Source: an uncultured virus (IMG/VR IMGVR_UViG_3300021958_000021) (Duplodnaviria > Heunggongvirae > Uroviricota > Caudoviricetes). From it: 64,000 nt of DNA. The stretch's first letter is position 1. Each line of letters begins with the position of its first letter. The stretch spans positions 62,001 through 126,000 of the IMG/VR virus record IMGVR_UViG_3300021958_000021. The stretch is one strand, 5' to 3'. Shown piece by piece: positions 1 through 9,814 of the stretch. The notes beneath the pieces were generated by a model. That model ran no database searches and was not told the DNA's origin. It was given only the letters and a program-made list of their open reading frames with translations. The position numbers were made by a program, and so were the translations under genes.

Positions 1-67
1 TACTTGCTCCGCTACCTAAAAATATATCGCTATTTACCATGCTAACTCCCCCTTCCTAACAAACTTA

Positions 68-580
68 CTAGGGAATACTTAATGCAAATCTTTTTGCTTC
101 TAATGATACTTTATATCCAAATAAACGCTTTGCTCTATCATTTGATTCGCTTCTTGAGCCAACAAATAACTGATTGAATCTTGAGCCATCACTTGCAGTA
201 TAGCCCTTGCGCTTACCCTCAAGAACCCTACGCAGAATCAAGTATATAGCCCTTAGCCTGTCTTTTCCGTAGTCGGCATCAGCCCCACCTCGCTCATCAT
301 GCAGGACACGAATATGAAGAGTAAATGAATAAGTTTCATTTCTTACATCATAATGAATTGTTGGGTATGTAATTGATTGAGAATCCTCAAAAACAACGAT
401 TGTTGCAGGTGTCCTGCTCAAATCAACACGAACACCTTTATTTGCAGATAATGTTCTAATGTCAATAAAATCAGGAGTAACTGCATGAGAAGCATCAATT
501 GTTCCATCGCTAACAAGGGCAGTAGCGTTAGATGCCCAATTGTTTGATAATAAATCTAAGAGAAGAGAGACTTCATCCAA
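68..580 (-). CDS. Putative virion head-tail joining/tail-completion protein
   Basis: 170 aa ORF downstream of the head genes in the morphogenesis arm; function inferred from position and size only. Confidence 0.4.
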   Translation of the reverse strand: MDEVSLLLDLLSNNWASNATALVSDGTIDASHAVTPDFIDIRTLSANKGVRVDLSRTPATIVVFEDSQSITYPTIHYDVRNETYSFTLHIRVLHDERGGADADYGKDRLRAIYLILRRVLEGKRKGYTASDGSRFNQLFVGSRSESNDRAKRLFGYKVSLEAKRFALSIP

Positions 581-780
581 TTTTCCACCTCCGTATTAAT
601 TTGTTTTTCAATTAATTTCTGATATTCTTCTAAAGCAAACTTCATTACTTCATCATCACTAAAACCAATATCAATCCCTAATGATTCTGAAACGGCTTGC
701 ATGGTTAATTGTCTTTCTTTTTGAATCTCAAGTAATTGGTTAAACTTGGAAAGGTCAATTTCAATTGCCATAAAAATCAA
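556..780 (-). CDS. Hypothetical protein
   Basis: 74 aa ORF overlapping both neighbours, co-oriented. Confidence 0.55.
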   Translation of the reverse strand: MIFMAIEIDLSKFNQLLEIQKERQLTMQAVSESLGIDIGFSDDEVMKFALEEYQKLIEKQINTEVENWMKSLFS

Positions 781-2084
781 TCCAAGAAATAAACAAGGTC
801 AGCCTTACCTTTAAGAATATCCATAGCCTCTTTACGAAGAATATCATATTTTTCCTTTGTAGAAATATTTCCACCAGATTCAGTAATCAACACGCTTTGG
901 TCATCATGTCGGATAATTTCTGATGCGGCTAACTTCGTGGTGGCTTCGTGAATTGCAGAAGGAACTCTATTATTTCCAGCAATATAAGTCACAATAACAG
1001 AATTATTTCTATGATAAGGATAATCCTTTAGAAAGAAAATACGGCCTTCTTCATTAATTGTCCAGTAATCTCCAAGACGGCGCATATCTTCTTTGTCAGT
1101 AAATGCAGTTAGTGTGCAAACTGTTGGTATTTGGTCTGTTGTAATAAATGTCGCTGTTCCCGACCCTGTATTTGTAGTGGCGGCAGACATAGTAACATTT
1201 GTTGAATCCACAATAGCAGTAATTGTTGTTCCACTAGGAATGTGATTGTTATTATCTTCAACTTCCATACCTACAACTAATTTAGACGAATCAGCCACAA
1301 TGAGGTTAGTATCTCCGTTTGTATGTGTGATTGACTGTTTTATGGTGGCCTTTAGCACACAATCTGCCCCATCGTCTCCCGAAAGTAGGGATGAGAAGAG
1401 AATCTCCTTGCCGTTTGACTTGTTCTTTCCAGCATAGAAAAAGTCAGAAATTGATAATTGCGAAGAAGTGAGGCTCTTTGGTGCAGTTGCTCCTGTAAAT
1501 TGAGACATAGTAGGAAAGGTTTCATTTACTAAAGAAAGGATTTCTTCATTGGTTGTCTTGATACCAAAGGTATTACAAAATTCATCGTTTCCTAAATTAT
1601 TCAATGTGTTTTCTGCAGCCATTTCAAAAGATACTCCACTATTCGGTAATTGAAGAATAATAGAATTTAAGTCTCTAAAATTATCTAGAAGAGTTAATTT
1701 TGCTTGAGCCGATGCAATTTCAATATATTGACTTCCCTGCCAGAGTTGTAGAGAAACAATCTTTCTTACTTTCATTTTTGATAATTGCACAAAACCAACA
1801 TGACCGCCATAATATGCCTTGTGTGGGAGATGAGAAAATTCAAAGTTATGATACTCGTCCTTCGTAATAATTGGACGGTATGAACGCTTTACCTTGTCGT
1901 CCACGATACCCTCCACCCGTTTGATAATTGACCCGATTTGAGCCAATGTGGGGTAGGTAGATACCGAAAAAGCGGGAACCTGTAATAGATTAGCAACCTC
2001 GGTAGCATTAGTATAATAGCCTCTCCCTTCGCTATAATCTGGATTAATTTCCGTAAAGTCGCTAGGCGAGATTGTTTGACTCAT
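777..2084 (-). CDS. Putative head-tail adaptor with inserted beta-rich domains
   Basis: N-terminal YYTNATEVANLL and C-terminal VTYIAG..VPSAIHEATTKLAA resemble gp6/gp15-type connector ends; Thr-rich insert. Confidence 0.5.
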   Translation of the reverse strand: MSQTISPSDFTEINPDYSEGRGYYTNATEVANLLQVPAFSVSTYPTLAQIGSIIKRVEGIVDDKVKRSYRPIITKDEYHNFEFSHLPHKAYYGGHVGFVQLSKMKVRKIVSLQLWQGSQYIEIASAQAKLTLLDNFRDLNSIILQLPNSGVSFEMAAENTLNNLGNDEFCNTFGIKTTNEEILSLVNETFPTMSQFTGATAPKSLTSSQLSISDFFYAGKNKSNGKEILFSSLLSGDDGADCVLKATIKQSITHTNGDTNLIVADSSKLVVGMEVEDNNNHIPSGTTITAIVDSTNVTMSAATTNTGSGTATFITTDQIPTVCTLTAFTDKEDMRRLGDYWTINEEGRIFFLKDYPYHRNNSVIVTYIAGNNRVPSAIHEATTKLAASEIIRHDDQSVLITESGGNISTKEKYDILRKEAMDILKGKADLVYFLD

Positions 2085-2086
2085 TT

Positions 2087-3829
2087 TCAAACACCAACGA
2101 TTTTCTTTAATCTTCTAATGTTTTTCTTAAGTTTGTTAGTATGGGTCGCCATTTTTCTATTTTGTTTCATTCTAGCACCACTTAAGTTAAATTCACCATG
2201 TTTAATTAATTCAATGGTTAATTCAACAATAGCACCAGCAAATGCGTCTTGAATATCATCAACATAAATATTGTCTGATTTATATTTAATACCACCAAAA
2301 TCAGTTGATTCTCTTGTTGAAAGACTTGGTTTAATTTTAGGATTTTCACGGTCGCCTTCTTTAATGTCATAAATTCTAATTTCTGATTTATAGTCTTTTT
2401 TATCTTTAGAAGAAAGTGCATTATAGGCATTTTCAGAAATAAATACTTTATTAGAATAATTTTTCTTTTCATCATTTCCTAACTCAAAATATTCCGAAGC
2501 ACTAATTTTATTTCCTGTTTTAAGATTAGTATATTCTTGTTCTTTTTCTGTTTTGTGACTATAAGCCCTCTTAGATTGATTCTTAATATCTTTAACTGAT
2601 AATTCCTTACCCGATTCTGCATCAACTAATTTATCATCTTCTTCGCTTTGAACACCTAAAGCATATGTTTGATAAGACTGAAGTTTAGTAGCCTTAGTGT
2701 TAATTTTACCATATAACTTAACACTATAAACATTTTCAGGATTTTCTAAATGAGGTTTAACAATTCTCATAATTAATGCTTTATTATCTTCAATAAATTG
2801 TTCGGGACTACCTGCACCTTTAGGGAAAGTAACTCTTGCTTGTTTTAAATCATCAACATCTGTAAATTTAACATAATAGTATTTATCATTCAACCTAATA
2901 ATGCTTTCTTCTCTCATAGTATCTGTCCTATCTAAAGCAGATAAGGCATTTGCTACATTAAATGAGTTAATCTCATCTTCAGGATTAGAAGTAAAAGAAA
3001 TTCTTTTACCTACCTCAGTAAAAACCTCTTCTCCATCTTCTCCTTCACTAAGTTCTTGTTCAATAACATAATCATCTTTACCTTTACCTTTTAATTGAGA
3101 AATGACAGAATCAGGTATTTTAAAACTAAAATCAATATTTTCTGTTGCGATTTTATATTTGCCCGAAGAAGGACTAAATCTAGTTTCTTGACCAGTCTGT
3201 TCTAAAATATAATCAGCCTTAGCATTTGCTAAACTGTCGGGGTCATAAACAGGAAATCTTGCTTCAATATGAGTGTCAAGACCGCTTTTATATTGCTTAT
3301 GTCCATAAGTATAAACATCTGGTAATTTAGAGTGTTCTGTTAATATTAAATCGTATTCAACTTCAATTTCTTTTTCTTCATCTGCAAATGAGTCATCCCA
3401 ATCGTCAAAATCAAATGGCGGTAAAGTGATTTTTCCTCCACGAATAAAAGAAACATCAGTTCCTTTTAATCTGCTTAGAACTTCAGAGTCTAAAAGGTCA
3501 GAAAGTTTTTTTCCTTCAATAAATTTCAAATTTATTTCATTATCTGTTTTTCTGTCTCTTAGTTTAGAAAACATCTTCCAAGCATCTGAGTCTTTTTGTA
3601 ATTCAGGAACAAGAGGTTCATTAAGAACTTTTTCAAGAACAGAGTTCATTTCTTCTTTAAACTTATTTAGATTCACTTCACTATCTTCCACGCTTTCTTT
3701 TGCGATTCTTACCTTTGTTCGGAAATTTTTATCTCCGCTACTAATATAATCACGCATCTGTGTTATAAGAAAATTTTCTGACTTAGGAAGAGAAAGAGTT
3801 TGATTTCCCCATCTAAAACTAACAGACAT
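2087..3829 (-). CDS. Hypothetical protein (possibly virion-associated)
   Basis: 580 aa ORF preceded by AGGTG RBS. Confidence 0.65.
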   Translation of the reverse strand: MSVSFRWGNQTLSLPKSENFLITQMRDYISSGDKNFRTKVRIAKESVEDSEVNLNKFKEEMNSVLEKVLNEPLVPELQKDSDAWKMFSKLRDRKTDNEINLKFIEGKKLSDLLDSEVLSRLKGTDVSFIRGGKITLPPFDFDDWDDSFADEEKEIEVEYDLILTEHSKLPDVYTYGHKQYKSGLDTHIEARFPVYDPDSLANAKADYILEQTGQETRFSPSSGKYKIATENIDFSFKIPDSVISQLKGKGKDDYVIEQELSEGEDGEEVFTEVGKRISFTSNPEDEINSFNVANALSALDRTDTMREESIIRLNDKYYYVKFTDVDDLKQARVTFPKGAGSPEQFIEDNKALIMRIVKPHLENPENVYSVKLYGKINTKATKLQSYQTYALGVQSEEDDKLVDAESGKELSVKDIKNQSKRAYSHKTEKEQEYTNLKTGNKISASEYFELGNDEKKNYSNKVFISENAYNALSSKDKKDYKSEIRIYDIKEGDRENPKIKPSLSTRESTDFGGIKYKSDNIYVDDIQDAFAGAIVELTIELIKHGEFNLSGARMKQNRKMATHTNKLKKNIRRLKKIVGV

Positions 3830-3839
3830 TAATTACACC

Positions 3840-4490
3840 TCACATGAGCCACTTAGCCCAAGCCGCCCCTTTTTGAATAGCCGAACCCAAATGTAATCCG
3901 CTTGAAGGTGGCTCATAACTCATTTGACCTTGAGCATCAATCCAATATGGGCGACCATATCCGTCTGTTCCCGAAGGAGGAATAGGATAACCTGAACCAT
4001 TATTCATAGCACCTTGCATTTGATTGTATTGCTGAGTATTTCCAGTAGCATTGGCTAAAGCCATACCTGCTGATGGTTGTTGCATACCTCCACCATTAAA
4101 GCCTTGCGATTCAAGATATTGTTGTTTAGCCATTTTTCTTTGCATAACAACTTCACTATTGATAGCAGACTGTAATAATTTTTGAATATCTAAGTCAATA
4201 TTTTCTTGAGTAATTCTCTCGTATTCACGAAGAGCATCCCTGTTGATAGTCATGCTTGTTCCGTTAGTCTCAAAACTTAACTTAGCCAACATTTGAGAAA
4301 CTACTCTTTCTACTACATCTTCCATCATTTTTTCAAAAGCAGTTAAAAACATTTCACCATGATATTGGAAAAATTCTTCAACATGATTTTCTTGTAATGA
4401 AAGAAGATTATTAACTGTTTTAAAGTTATTATCATTTTGTGCCTGAACTGCACCTAAAACTGTGTTATTGCTGGTTCCTAGTAGTCCCAT
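3840..4490 (-). CDS. Hypothetical protein, helical core with Q/G/P-rich tail and amphipathic C-terminus
   Basis: 216 aa ORF ending AIQKGAAWAKWLM. Confidence 0.65.
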   Translation of the reverse strand: MGLLGTSNNTVLGAVQAQNDNNFKTVNNLLSLQENHVEEFFQYHGEMFLTAFEKMMEDVVERVVSQMLAKLSFETNGTSMTINRDALREYERITQENIDLDIQKLLQSAINSEVVMQRKMAKQQYLESQGFNGGGMQQPSAGMALANATGNTQQYNQMQGAMNNGSGYPIPPSGTDGYGRPYWIDAQGQMSYEPPSSGLHLGSAIQKGAAWAKWLM

Positions 4491-4492
4491 AT

Positions 4493-5152
4493 TTATTCCT
4501 CCTTACTTTTTTCTTCTTCGTTTTGGGCCTGAACATTGTTCTTAAGCATCAAATGATTTAATCTTTCGGTCATAAGGCTGATTTCAGTAATCAAACGAAT
4601 TACTTCTTCGGTGGCCGTCTTTGTATCTGCTAGTGCGGGTGGGGTTATAAACCATCCTGCCGCAGTAAGGGTCATAACATCTTCTTTAGTTAAAGTCTTA
4701 ATTGGGCCACTTTTAAGCACTTTAGGCATTCGTGGCTTAAAAGCACTAAACTCAAGACCGTGTTTATCAGCCAGTATTTGTTGTTGAAGCATTTCCATTT
4801 GCATATAGATTGAAGCGTGTTTAGGACAATAAGTTCCCATTAATGGCCTTCCTTTAGTAACTCCATCTAAAGGCATAGGAGGACGCATATAATCTCCTTG
4901 TTCCCAAATGTGATGAAAACCACAGACAACGCAACGGTCTTTAAGATTAAACTTTTTTCCATATTTGATGCCTAAAAACTTCTTAGGTTCTGCCTTTAAA
5001 ACCAATTTAAGTTCCTTTAATTGTGCCTTTGGTTTAAATGAAATAAACTTGTATTCTTGCACAACACCGCTTGCTCTCGCCTGTTGTAGCGGAGATAGCG
5101 CAGGGTTAAATTGTGCTGGTGCGTTTTGTCCTATAATTTGTTGTTGATACAT
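4493..5152 (-). CDS. Zn-finger-containing hypothetical protein
   Basis: CVVC...CPKH motif; C-terminal coiled-coil-like segment. Confidence 0.6.
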   Translation of the reverse strand: MYQQQIIGQNAPAQFNPALSPLQQARASGVVQEYKFISFKPKAQLKELKLVLKAEPKKFLGIKYGKKFNLKDRCVVCGFHHIWEQGDYMRPPMPLDGVTKGRPLMGTYCPKHASIYMQMEMLQQQILADKHGLEFSAFKPRMPKVLKSGPIKTLTKEDVMTLTAAGWFITPPALADTKTATEEVIRLITEISLMTERLNHLMLKNNVQAQNEEEKSKEE

Positions 5153-5178
5153 CTTTTATTCCTCTCTTCCACACAATA

Positions 5179-5847
5179 TCAATAATCCTTTATCATTGTA
5201 GTAATTCCTCTATAAACCATTTCAGGGTCAGACTTTGCGGAAACAATATACTTGAAACAAGGTATTCCTTTATCATTTAACTTTCTCATTCCGTATTTAA
5301 ATGGTTCAAAAATTTGGTGTTTATCAATAGATTGTCCTTCTTCTAATGGATATTTTTTTGCCCATATATCATATTTATTTGCCCAAATACCTACCGCCAT
5401 TGGATAATCCGAGTCTCTTTTCTTTTTTCCGTTTGACCATGTGCTTGAAATAATTGAATCTACTAAAAATTTCCATGCTAATTGGTGGTCTAAGTTTGCT
5501 TCACTATCTAAATGCCTGTGGTCAATCATAAAAATAACATATTTAACTCGTCTATTTTGCATATCTTTTTCCCATTCTTTCCAGTAAATTGCTTCTCCAC
5601 CAATATCTGCGCTTCTTACTGTATGTGAGTCTCCATCAATTTTGACATTCTTTCTCGTTGCTCTATGTCTCCCAACGGTTCTTTGTTGTATTTGTGGAAC
5701 TTCTCCTCTCGTTCTTAATTGATGACTAAGTGTTGTTTTACCGACCATTGTTGCCCCATAAACTCCAAAGTTAATAGCGTGAACCTTTTTGTAAAAACCT
5801 AATAGTGCTTCTCCCACTAAAATAGCAAAGCCTGTCATTAGGGACAT
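5179..5847 (-). CDS. Ras-superfamily (Arf/Sar-like) small GTPase
   Basis: G1 GATMVGKT, G2 RTVG, G3 DIGG, G4 NKYD and G5 SAK in order; hydrophobic N-terminal helix. Confidence 0.88.
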   Translation of the reverse strand: MSLMTGFAILVGEALLGFYKKVHAINFGVYGATMVGKTTLSHQLRTRGEVPQIQQRTVGRHRATRKNVKIDGDSHTVRSADIGGEAIYWKEWEKDMQNRRVKYVIFMIDHRHLDSEANLDHQLAWKFLVDSIISSTWSNGKKKRDSDYPMAVGIWANKYDIWAKKYPLEEGQSIDKHQIFEPFKYGMRKLNDKGIPCFKYIVSAKSDPEMVYRGITTMIKDY

Positions 5848-5848
5848 T

Positions 5849-6142
5849 TTATTCACCTATAAATACATCTAATCCAATAAATTCTCCTTCTATTTTCTTT
5901 TCGTAGTTCCAAAAAAGTTCTCCGTTAAATTCATCTTCATCGGCATATCTCATTTTCCAACCTAAATTGTTCAGTTTTCTATTTAATTCATCCCAATTCA
6001 CATCTAATGGAAACAGTAAATCAATATCTTTTGGATTATCCTTTTTTCCGACAGAACCAACAATTTTTGGTTTAAATTCCTTTAAATCATCAAGCAAAGA
6101 ATTAGCAATAGAAACATAGTTTTTGAGTATGCTAAACCACAT
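5849..6142 (-). CDS. Minimal Pol-beta-like nucleotidyltransferase with WxxILK tag
   Basis: IVGSVG...KDIDLL and a distal LDVF; N-terminus MWFSILK. Confidence 0.6.
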   Translation of the reverse strand: MWFSILKNYVSIANSLLDDLKEFKPKIVGSVGKKDNPKDIDLLFPLDVNWDELNRKLNNLGWKMRYADEDEFNGELFWNYEKKIEGEFIGLDVFIGE

Positions 6143-6156
6143 ATCAATGCCCCCAC

Positions 6157-6792
6157 CTAAAAATATTTATTTAACATCATTTCTAAATGTTTTATAGCAT
6201 CTTCCATCTCATATTCTGTAATTCCTGCACTTCTTCTAAGATTTTCTTCATCTTTACTCGTTAAAGAATTATTTTTCATTCTTTGTAATAATTGTTTTCC
6301 TAATTCTGCTACTTTTGAATCTGGTAAATATTTATATTTGGGGGTATCAGGCATTCTTCTATCTATTTTGGAAGGGAATTCTTTCCCTCTTGGGGTAATG
6401 TTTCTTCTAGTGTCAATAAACATCCAATAAATCTTATCTTCCGTATCTTTATAATTAGCGTAGCCTTCATCCATTCGCATTGAAAAATCTTGGTCTGTTT
6501 TAAGAGCCTGTTTAATTGTGGGTTTTGCTTCATTTTTATATGAGGATTTTTGTTCAGGAACGACCTGTGAACCGAAGAAAGCATAACATAAGGCTTCATC
6601 TAATCTAGGAGTCCAATGTAAAGTGCTATCTTCATACCTTCTATTTTCTGGTAAATTTGAAGTTTTTCCTTGTGCGCCTTGAAATAATTTATTAAATTTA
6701 AATCTCATGTCATACGGTTCGCTGTCAGTTTCTCCGGGATTTACAATTTCTCCATGTATAACATATGGCTTTTTTAAAATATCCCACCACAT
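6157..6792 (-). CDS. WxxILK-tagged protein, possible ADP-ribosyltransferase-like fold; paralog of 30746..31231
   Basis: MWWDILKK; LFQG...HWTP..EALCYAFFGS...KPTIKQA shared with 30746..31231. Confidence 0.5.
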   Translation of the reverse strand: MWWDILKKPYVIHGEIVNPGETDSEPYDMRFKFNKLFQGAQGKTSNLPENRRYEDSTLHWTPRLDEALCYAFFGSQVVPEQKSSYKNEAKPTIKQALKTDQDFSMRMDEGYANYKDTEDKIYWMFIDTRRNITPRGKEFPSKIDRRMPDTPKYKYLPDSKVAELGKQLLQRMKNNSLTSKDEENLRRSAGITEYEMEDAIKHLEMMLNKYF

Positions 6793-6793
6793 A

Positions 6794-7012
6794 TTAATGC
6801 CCCCACCCGTTTAACAAAGTGTCAAACAAGAAACCCATGATGTTGATGTCAAAAACACCAAGGATGTTTCCAATAAGGAAACCCGAAAGACAAGCGCAAC
6901 TGCCCCAAAACCATGCTCGCATTTTCAAAAAGAAAATATCAGCAGAATGCGCTCTTTGTTGATTATAAGCATAATCCGAATCGGAAAAGCCCATCAAATC
7001 TCCAAAGACCAC
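6794..7012 (-). CDS. Small membrane protein
   Basis: Hydrophobic stretch AWFWGSCACLSGFLIGNILGVF. Confidence 0.65.
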   Translation of the reverse strand: MVFGDLMGFSDSDYAYNQQRAHSADIFFLKMRAWFWGSCACLSGFLIGNILGVFDINIMGFLFDTLLNGWGH

Positions 7013-7024
7013 TCAACCACCGCC

Positions 7025-7408
7025 TTATTGAAGGGCGGCTAAGAACTCATTTCCAACGCTATTTTCTTCTTCCTGTTGAATAGGTTGATAAAAAGTAGTA
7101 TTGTATTGCTTTGCGCTTTCACGCATCTTTTGTCTTTGTTGTTCGTCCCTAGCCTTTCTTTCCCAGTATGCCGCAATTTTACGGTCTAAGAGCCAAAGTT
7201 CAATTTTGTCGTTAAGGGATAGGTCAAAAATAGCCTTCATAACCATAATCGCACCAATCGTCCCTAAGCCAAATAGAACTGAATGCGCTAATGGGCCATA
7301 TGGGAAACTCATGCCGAAAGCGGCATATGCCCAAACATTTGTTCCGCTTAATGCACCAACAAATAAAATGGTCATAATTAGACGAGTATCTTGACTTAAT
7401 GCAACCAT
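7025..7408 (-). CDS. Two-TM membrane protein with charged C-terminal tail (holin-like topology)
   Basis: Two hydrophobic segments followed by a charged helical tail. Confidence 0.6.
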   Translation of the reverse strand: MVALSQDTRLIMTILFVGALSGTNVWAYAAFGMSFPYGPLAHSVLFGLGTIGAIMVMKAIFDLSLNDKIELWLLDRKIAAYWERKARDEQQRQKMRESAKQYNTTFYQPIQQEEENSVGNEFLAALQ

Positions 7409-7432
7409 TTCACTTAGCCTCCTTATCTCACC

Positions 7433-7723
7433 TTAAGCAAAGTGAATGAACACATTTGCATTACCAGAGGTTTCCTCATAATAAAGTCCTTCAGAACAAA
7501 GAACGCTGTGCATATCAAATTCAATATTTTGAACAGCCGCACCATCCAGACTTAAACGGGCTAATTCTTTACCCGTATTATCGGTTCCATCAAATATCTT
7601 AACTTGACAAGCAGACCCGCTATCATTATTAACATGAATAGAAACTAATTTGCATTTACCAGTAAAAATTTGTCCACTAGCCGTCAAAAGGCCACTACTT
7701 CTACAACTCGTCATTTTAAACAA
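7433..7723 (-). CDS. Putative virion structural protein (beta-rich)
   Basis: 96 aa ORF in the capsid operon. Confidence 0.5.
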   Translation of the reverse strand: MFKMTSCRSSGLLTASGQIFTGKCKLVSIHVNNDSGSACQVKIFDGTDNTGKELARLSLDGAAVQNIEFDMHSVLCSEGLYYEETSGNANVFIHFA

Positions 7724-7774
7724 CTCCGTTCAACCTGTCTATGAGGTATCACCCTCTTAACCCTATCGCTAGGA

Positions 7775-8095
7775 TTATTCGGTCAAAGACGATTTTTTGC
7801 TCTTAGAAGAGGTTTTTTTCGTCTTTGGTTTAGCGGGGAGAAGATATTCACACAATTTATCATGTGTGTCAAAATCTCTTCCTAATGCTCTTCCTAAGCG
7901 AGTTAAGTGGGAAGGCTCTAATTGCTTTAATTCATTTCTTTCACTTTCTGCAAAAGAAATATCAAGACAATTATCACCTAAATATCGCAAAGCGTCTTGA
8001 GTAGGAATATCTAAAGTAATGTTCCTACTTAAGACCTCTCCATTAACCAATAGGGTTTTTGACCGAGAGCCTTGAGAAAGTTTAATTGTAGCCAA
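7775..8095 (-). CDS. Hypothetical protein with basic tail
   Basis: 106 aa ORF with GAGGTGG RBS, downstream of the capsid genes. Confidence 0.55.
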   Translation of the reverse strand: MATIKLSQGSRSKTLLVNGEVLSRNITLDIPTQDALRYLGDNCLDISFAESERNELKQLEPSHLTRLGRALGRDFDTHDKLCEYLLPAKPKTKKTSSKSKKSSLTE

Positions 8096-8105
8096 TTAAA
8101 CCACC

Positions 8106-8441
8106 TCAAAGGAGGCCAAAGGCTCTAACTCTTACTGTTCCAGCATTTCCTGCTACTTCTGCGCCAGTAGCCAAAATATACGCTGTTACGGTAAAGGAGG
8201 AATTAGAGGTATAAGCCCCATTTGCTGCACAAAGAAGTTTAAATCCATTCAATGCACCTTCACTTCCAGTAATAACAACTGAAGAAATAGATGACAAACC
8301 CAAAGAAGAAGCAGTAATCACTTCTCCAGTAGGAGTAAGGGAAGTAATATCCAATGCTGCATCAACCATATATTCGTCGCCATTGGCTCTTGGCTTGGTA
8401 AAACCTTTATGGTCAGCCAGTAAAGTTACGGTATGCGTCAT
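8106..8441 (-). CDS. Putative capsid decoration/cement protein
   Basis: Small Ser/Thr/Gly-rich ORF directly after the major capsid gene; GAGGTGA RBS. Confidence 0.5.
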   Translation of the reverse strand: MTHTVTLLADHKGFTKPRANGDEYMVDAALDITSLTPTGEVITASSLGLSSISSVVITGSEGALNGFKLLCAANGAYTSNSSFTVTAYILATGAEVAGNAGTVRVRAFGLL

Positions 8442-8450
8442 TTAATCACC

Positions 8451-9803
8451 TCAAAGGAGATTGGTAATCTTTCCTTGGCCCTTGAAGTAAGAACAACCAG
8501 TTTCAGCCATTGTGCGGTAAAGAGCCTTGTTTCCAAGAGAACCGACACCGAATGGGTTTCCGTTGCTGATACCATCTTCAAAGTATTGTGTAGGCTTCAT
8601 CACAGATAGCCACAAATGGTCAGTATCAAGGAAAAGCATATCACTAATCAAAGAACTGTTTGTTCCAGTAGAAGGCATAGCCGCAACAGGAATCAAAGGA
8701 ATGTCGTAGTAAGTAGAAACACGGAAACCGACTTCTGCACCCTTAACACCACGAACACCGTTCACAGTAGGAACGATTTCCTTTCTATCCATGAAACGCT
8801 CTTGAGCCTGAAGCAAGTCAGAAAGCGTTTGAAGAGTATCATATCCCGTAAGAATGACCTTTGGCGAACCACCAGCAACACGGAGTCTGCGAACCATGTC
8901 GTTAATCACAGTAAGCGTCAATTGTCGTGCTTCTGCGGAAAGGTAGCCATCACCGAAAGAAATCTCGGAGTCTAAATACTCATTACCAGCCGCACTTCGG
9001 AGTTTTCCGTAAAGAGTGTCAATTTGTTGGTCAGTAGCCGTTCCAACAAGGTTTCCTCCAGCATTGTCAGCCAATTCATCAATTTCAGCAGAACTGCTCA
9101 CAATCTTGTAAAGAGAAGTGTATGCTCTATCAATGGCGTTTGCCGTAGCATATGCCGTAGTCGGAGAATAGTTCTCCAAAGGCATAACAAGCATTTGATT
9201 CTGCACTTCAGCGTGATGCTTACCCATATCCTCTCTCAATTGCGCTCTAATATCACCGATACCATCGTCAATTTGAGCCATTTCCATAGCCAATTCGCTG
9301 AAAGCAAATTGATGAGCGATGATTTTTGGACTGGTAAAGAGCGTATCATACTCAGGAGCAATTGAAATCAAACCATCCGTATTTGAATCAAGGCTGGCGT
9401 TTTCGGGAACACCACCAATTCGGTCAGCACGAAGGGCATCAGCACCATAAAGTGAATCAGCGAGAGCCGTGTTAGAAGCGGCAGAAATGTCCAAAAAGTT
9501 TCCAGCACCACCAGCAGGTCGCTTTCTGAGGATTCTCCAACCACTTGACGAATAAGGACGCTTTGCGATAACAGACAATGCGTTGCATTCTCGGTTTAGC
9601 ATAGACCAGACCTTTTGGCCGTAAATCTTGTTGTAAAGGTTTGCATTAATACCCGTTGGGTCGCTTAACGAACCATCGTGAGCGACATGAATACCGCTAA
9701 CGGTTCCTGCCGCTTTAAGCAATTGGTTGCTAATATGACCAGTTGCGCCCGTTCCGTAAGTTTGTGCTTCTAAATCTGCAATAGTGTTAATATATCCTAC
9801 CAT
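8451..9803 (-). CDS. Major capsid protein (HK97 fold)
   Basis: 450 aa directly downstream of the protease-scaffold; GAGGTGA RBS; composition typical of archaeal tailed-virus capsids. Confidence 0.8.
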   Translation of the reverse strand: MVGYINTIADLEAQTYGTGATGHISNQLLKAAGTVSGIHVAHDGSLSDPTGINANLYNKIYGQKVWSMLNRECNALSVIAKRPYSSSGWRILRKRPAGGAGNFLDISAASNTALADSLYGADALRADRIGGVPENASLDSNTDGLISIAPEYDTLFTSPKIIAHQFAFSELAMEMAQIDDGIGDIRAQLREDMGKHHAEVQNQMLVMPLENYSPTTAYATANAIDRAYTSLYKIVSSSAEIDELADNAGGNLVGTATDQQIDTLYGKLRSAAGNEYLDSEISFGDGYLSAEARQLTLTVINDMVRRLRVAGGSPKVILTGYDTLQTLSDLLQAQERFMDRKEIVPTVNGVRGVKGAEVGFRVSTYYDIPLIPVAAMPSTGTNSSLISDMLFLDTDHLWLSVMKPTQYFEDGISNGNPFGVGSLGNKALYRTMAETGCSYFKGQGKITNLL

Positions 9804-9814
9804 CTTAAATCACC

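Noticed and set aside
7295..7302. Isolated CCATATGG outside the array
   Set aside because: It lies inside a coding region and lacks the flanking consensus, so it is probably chance
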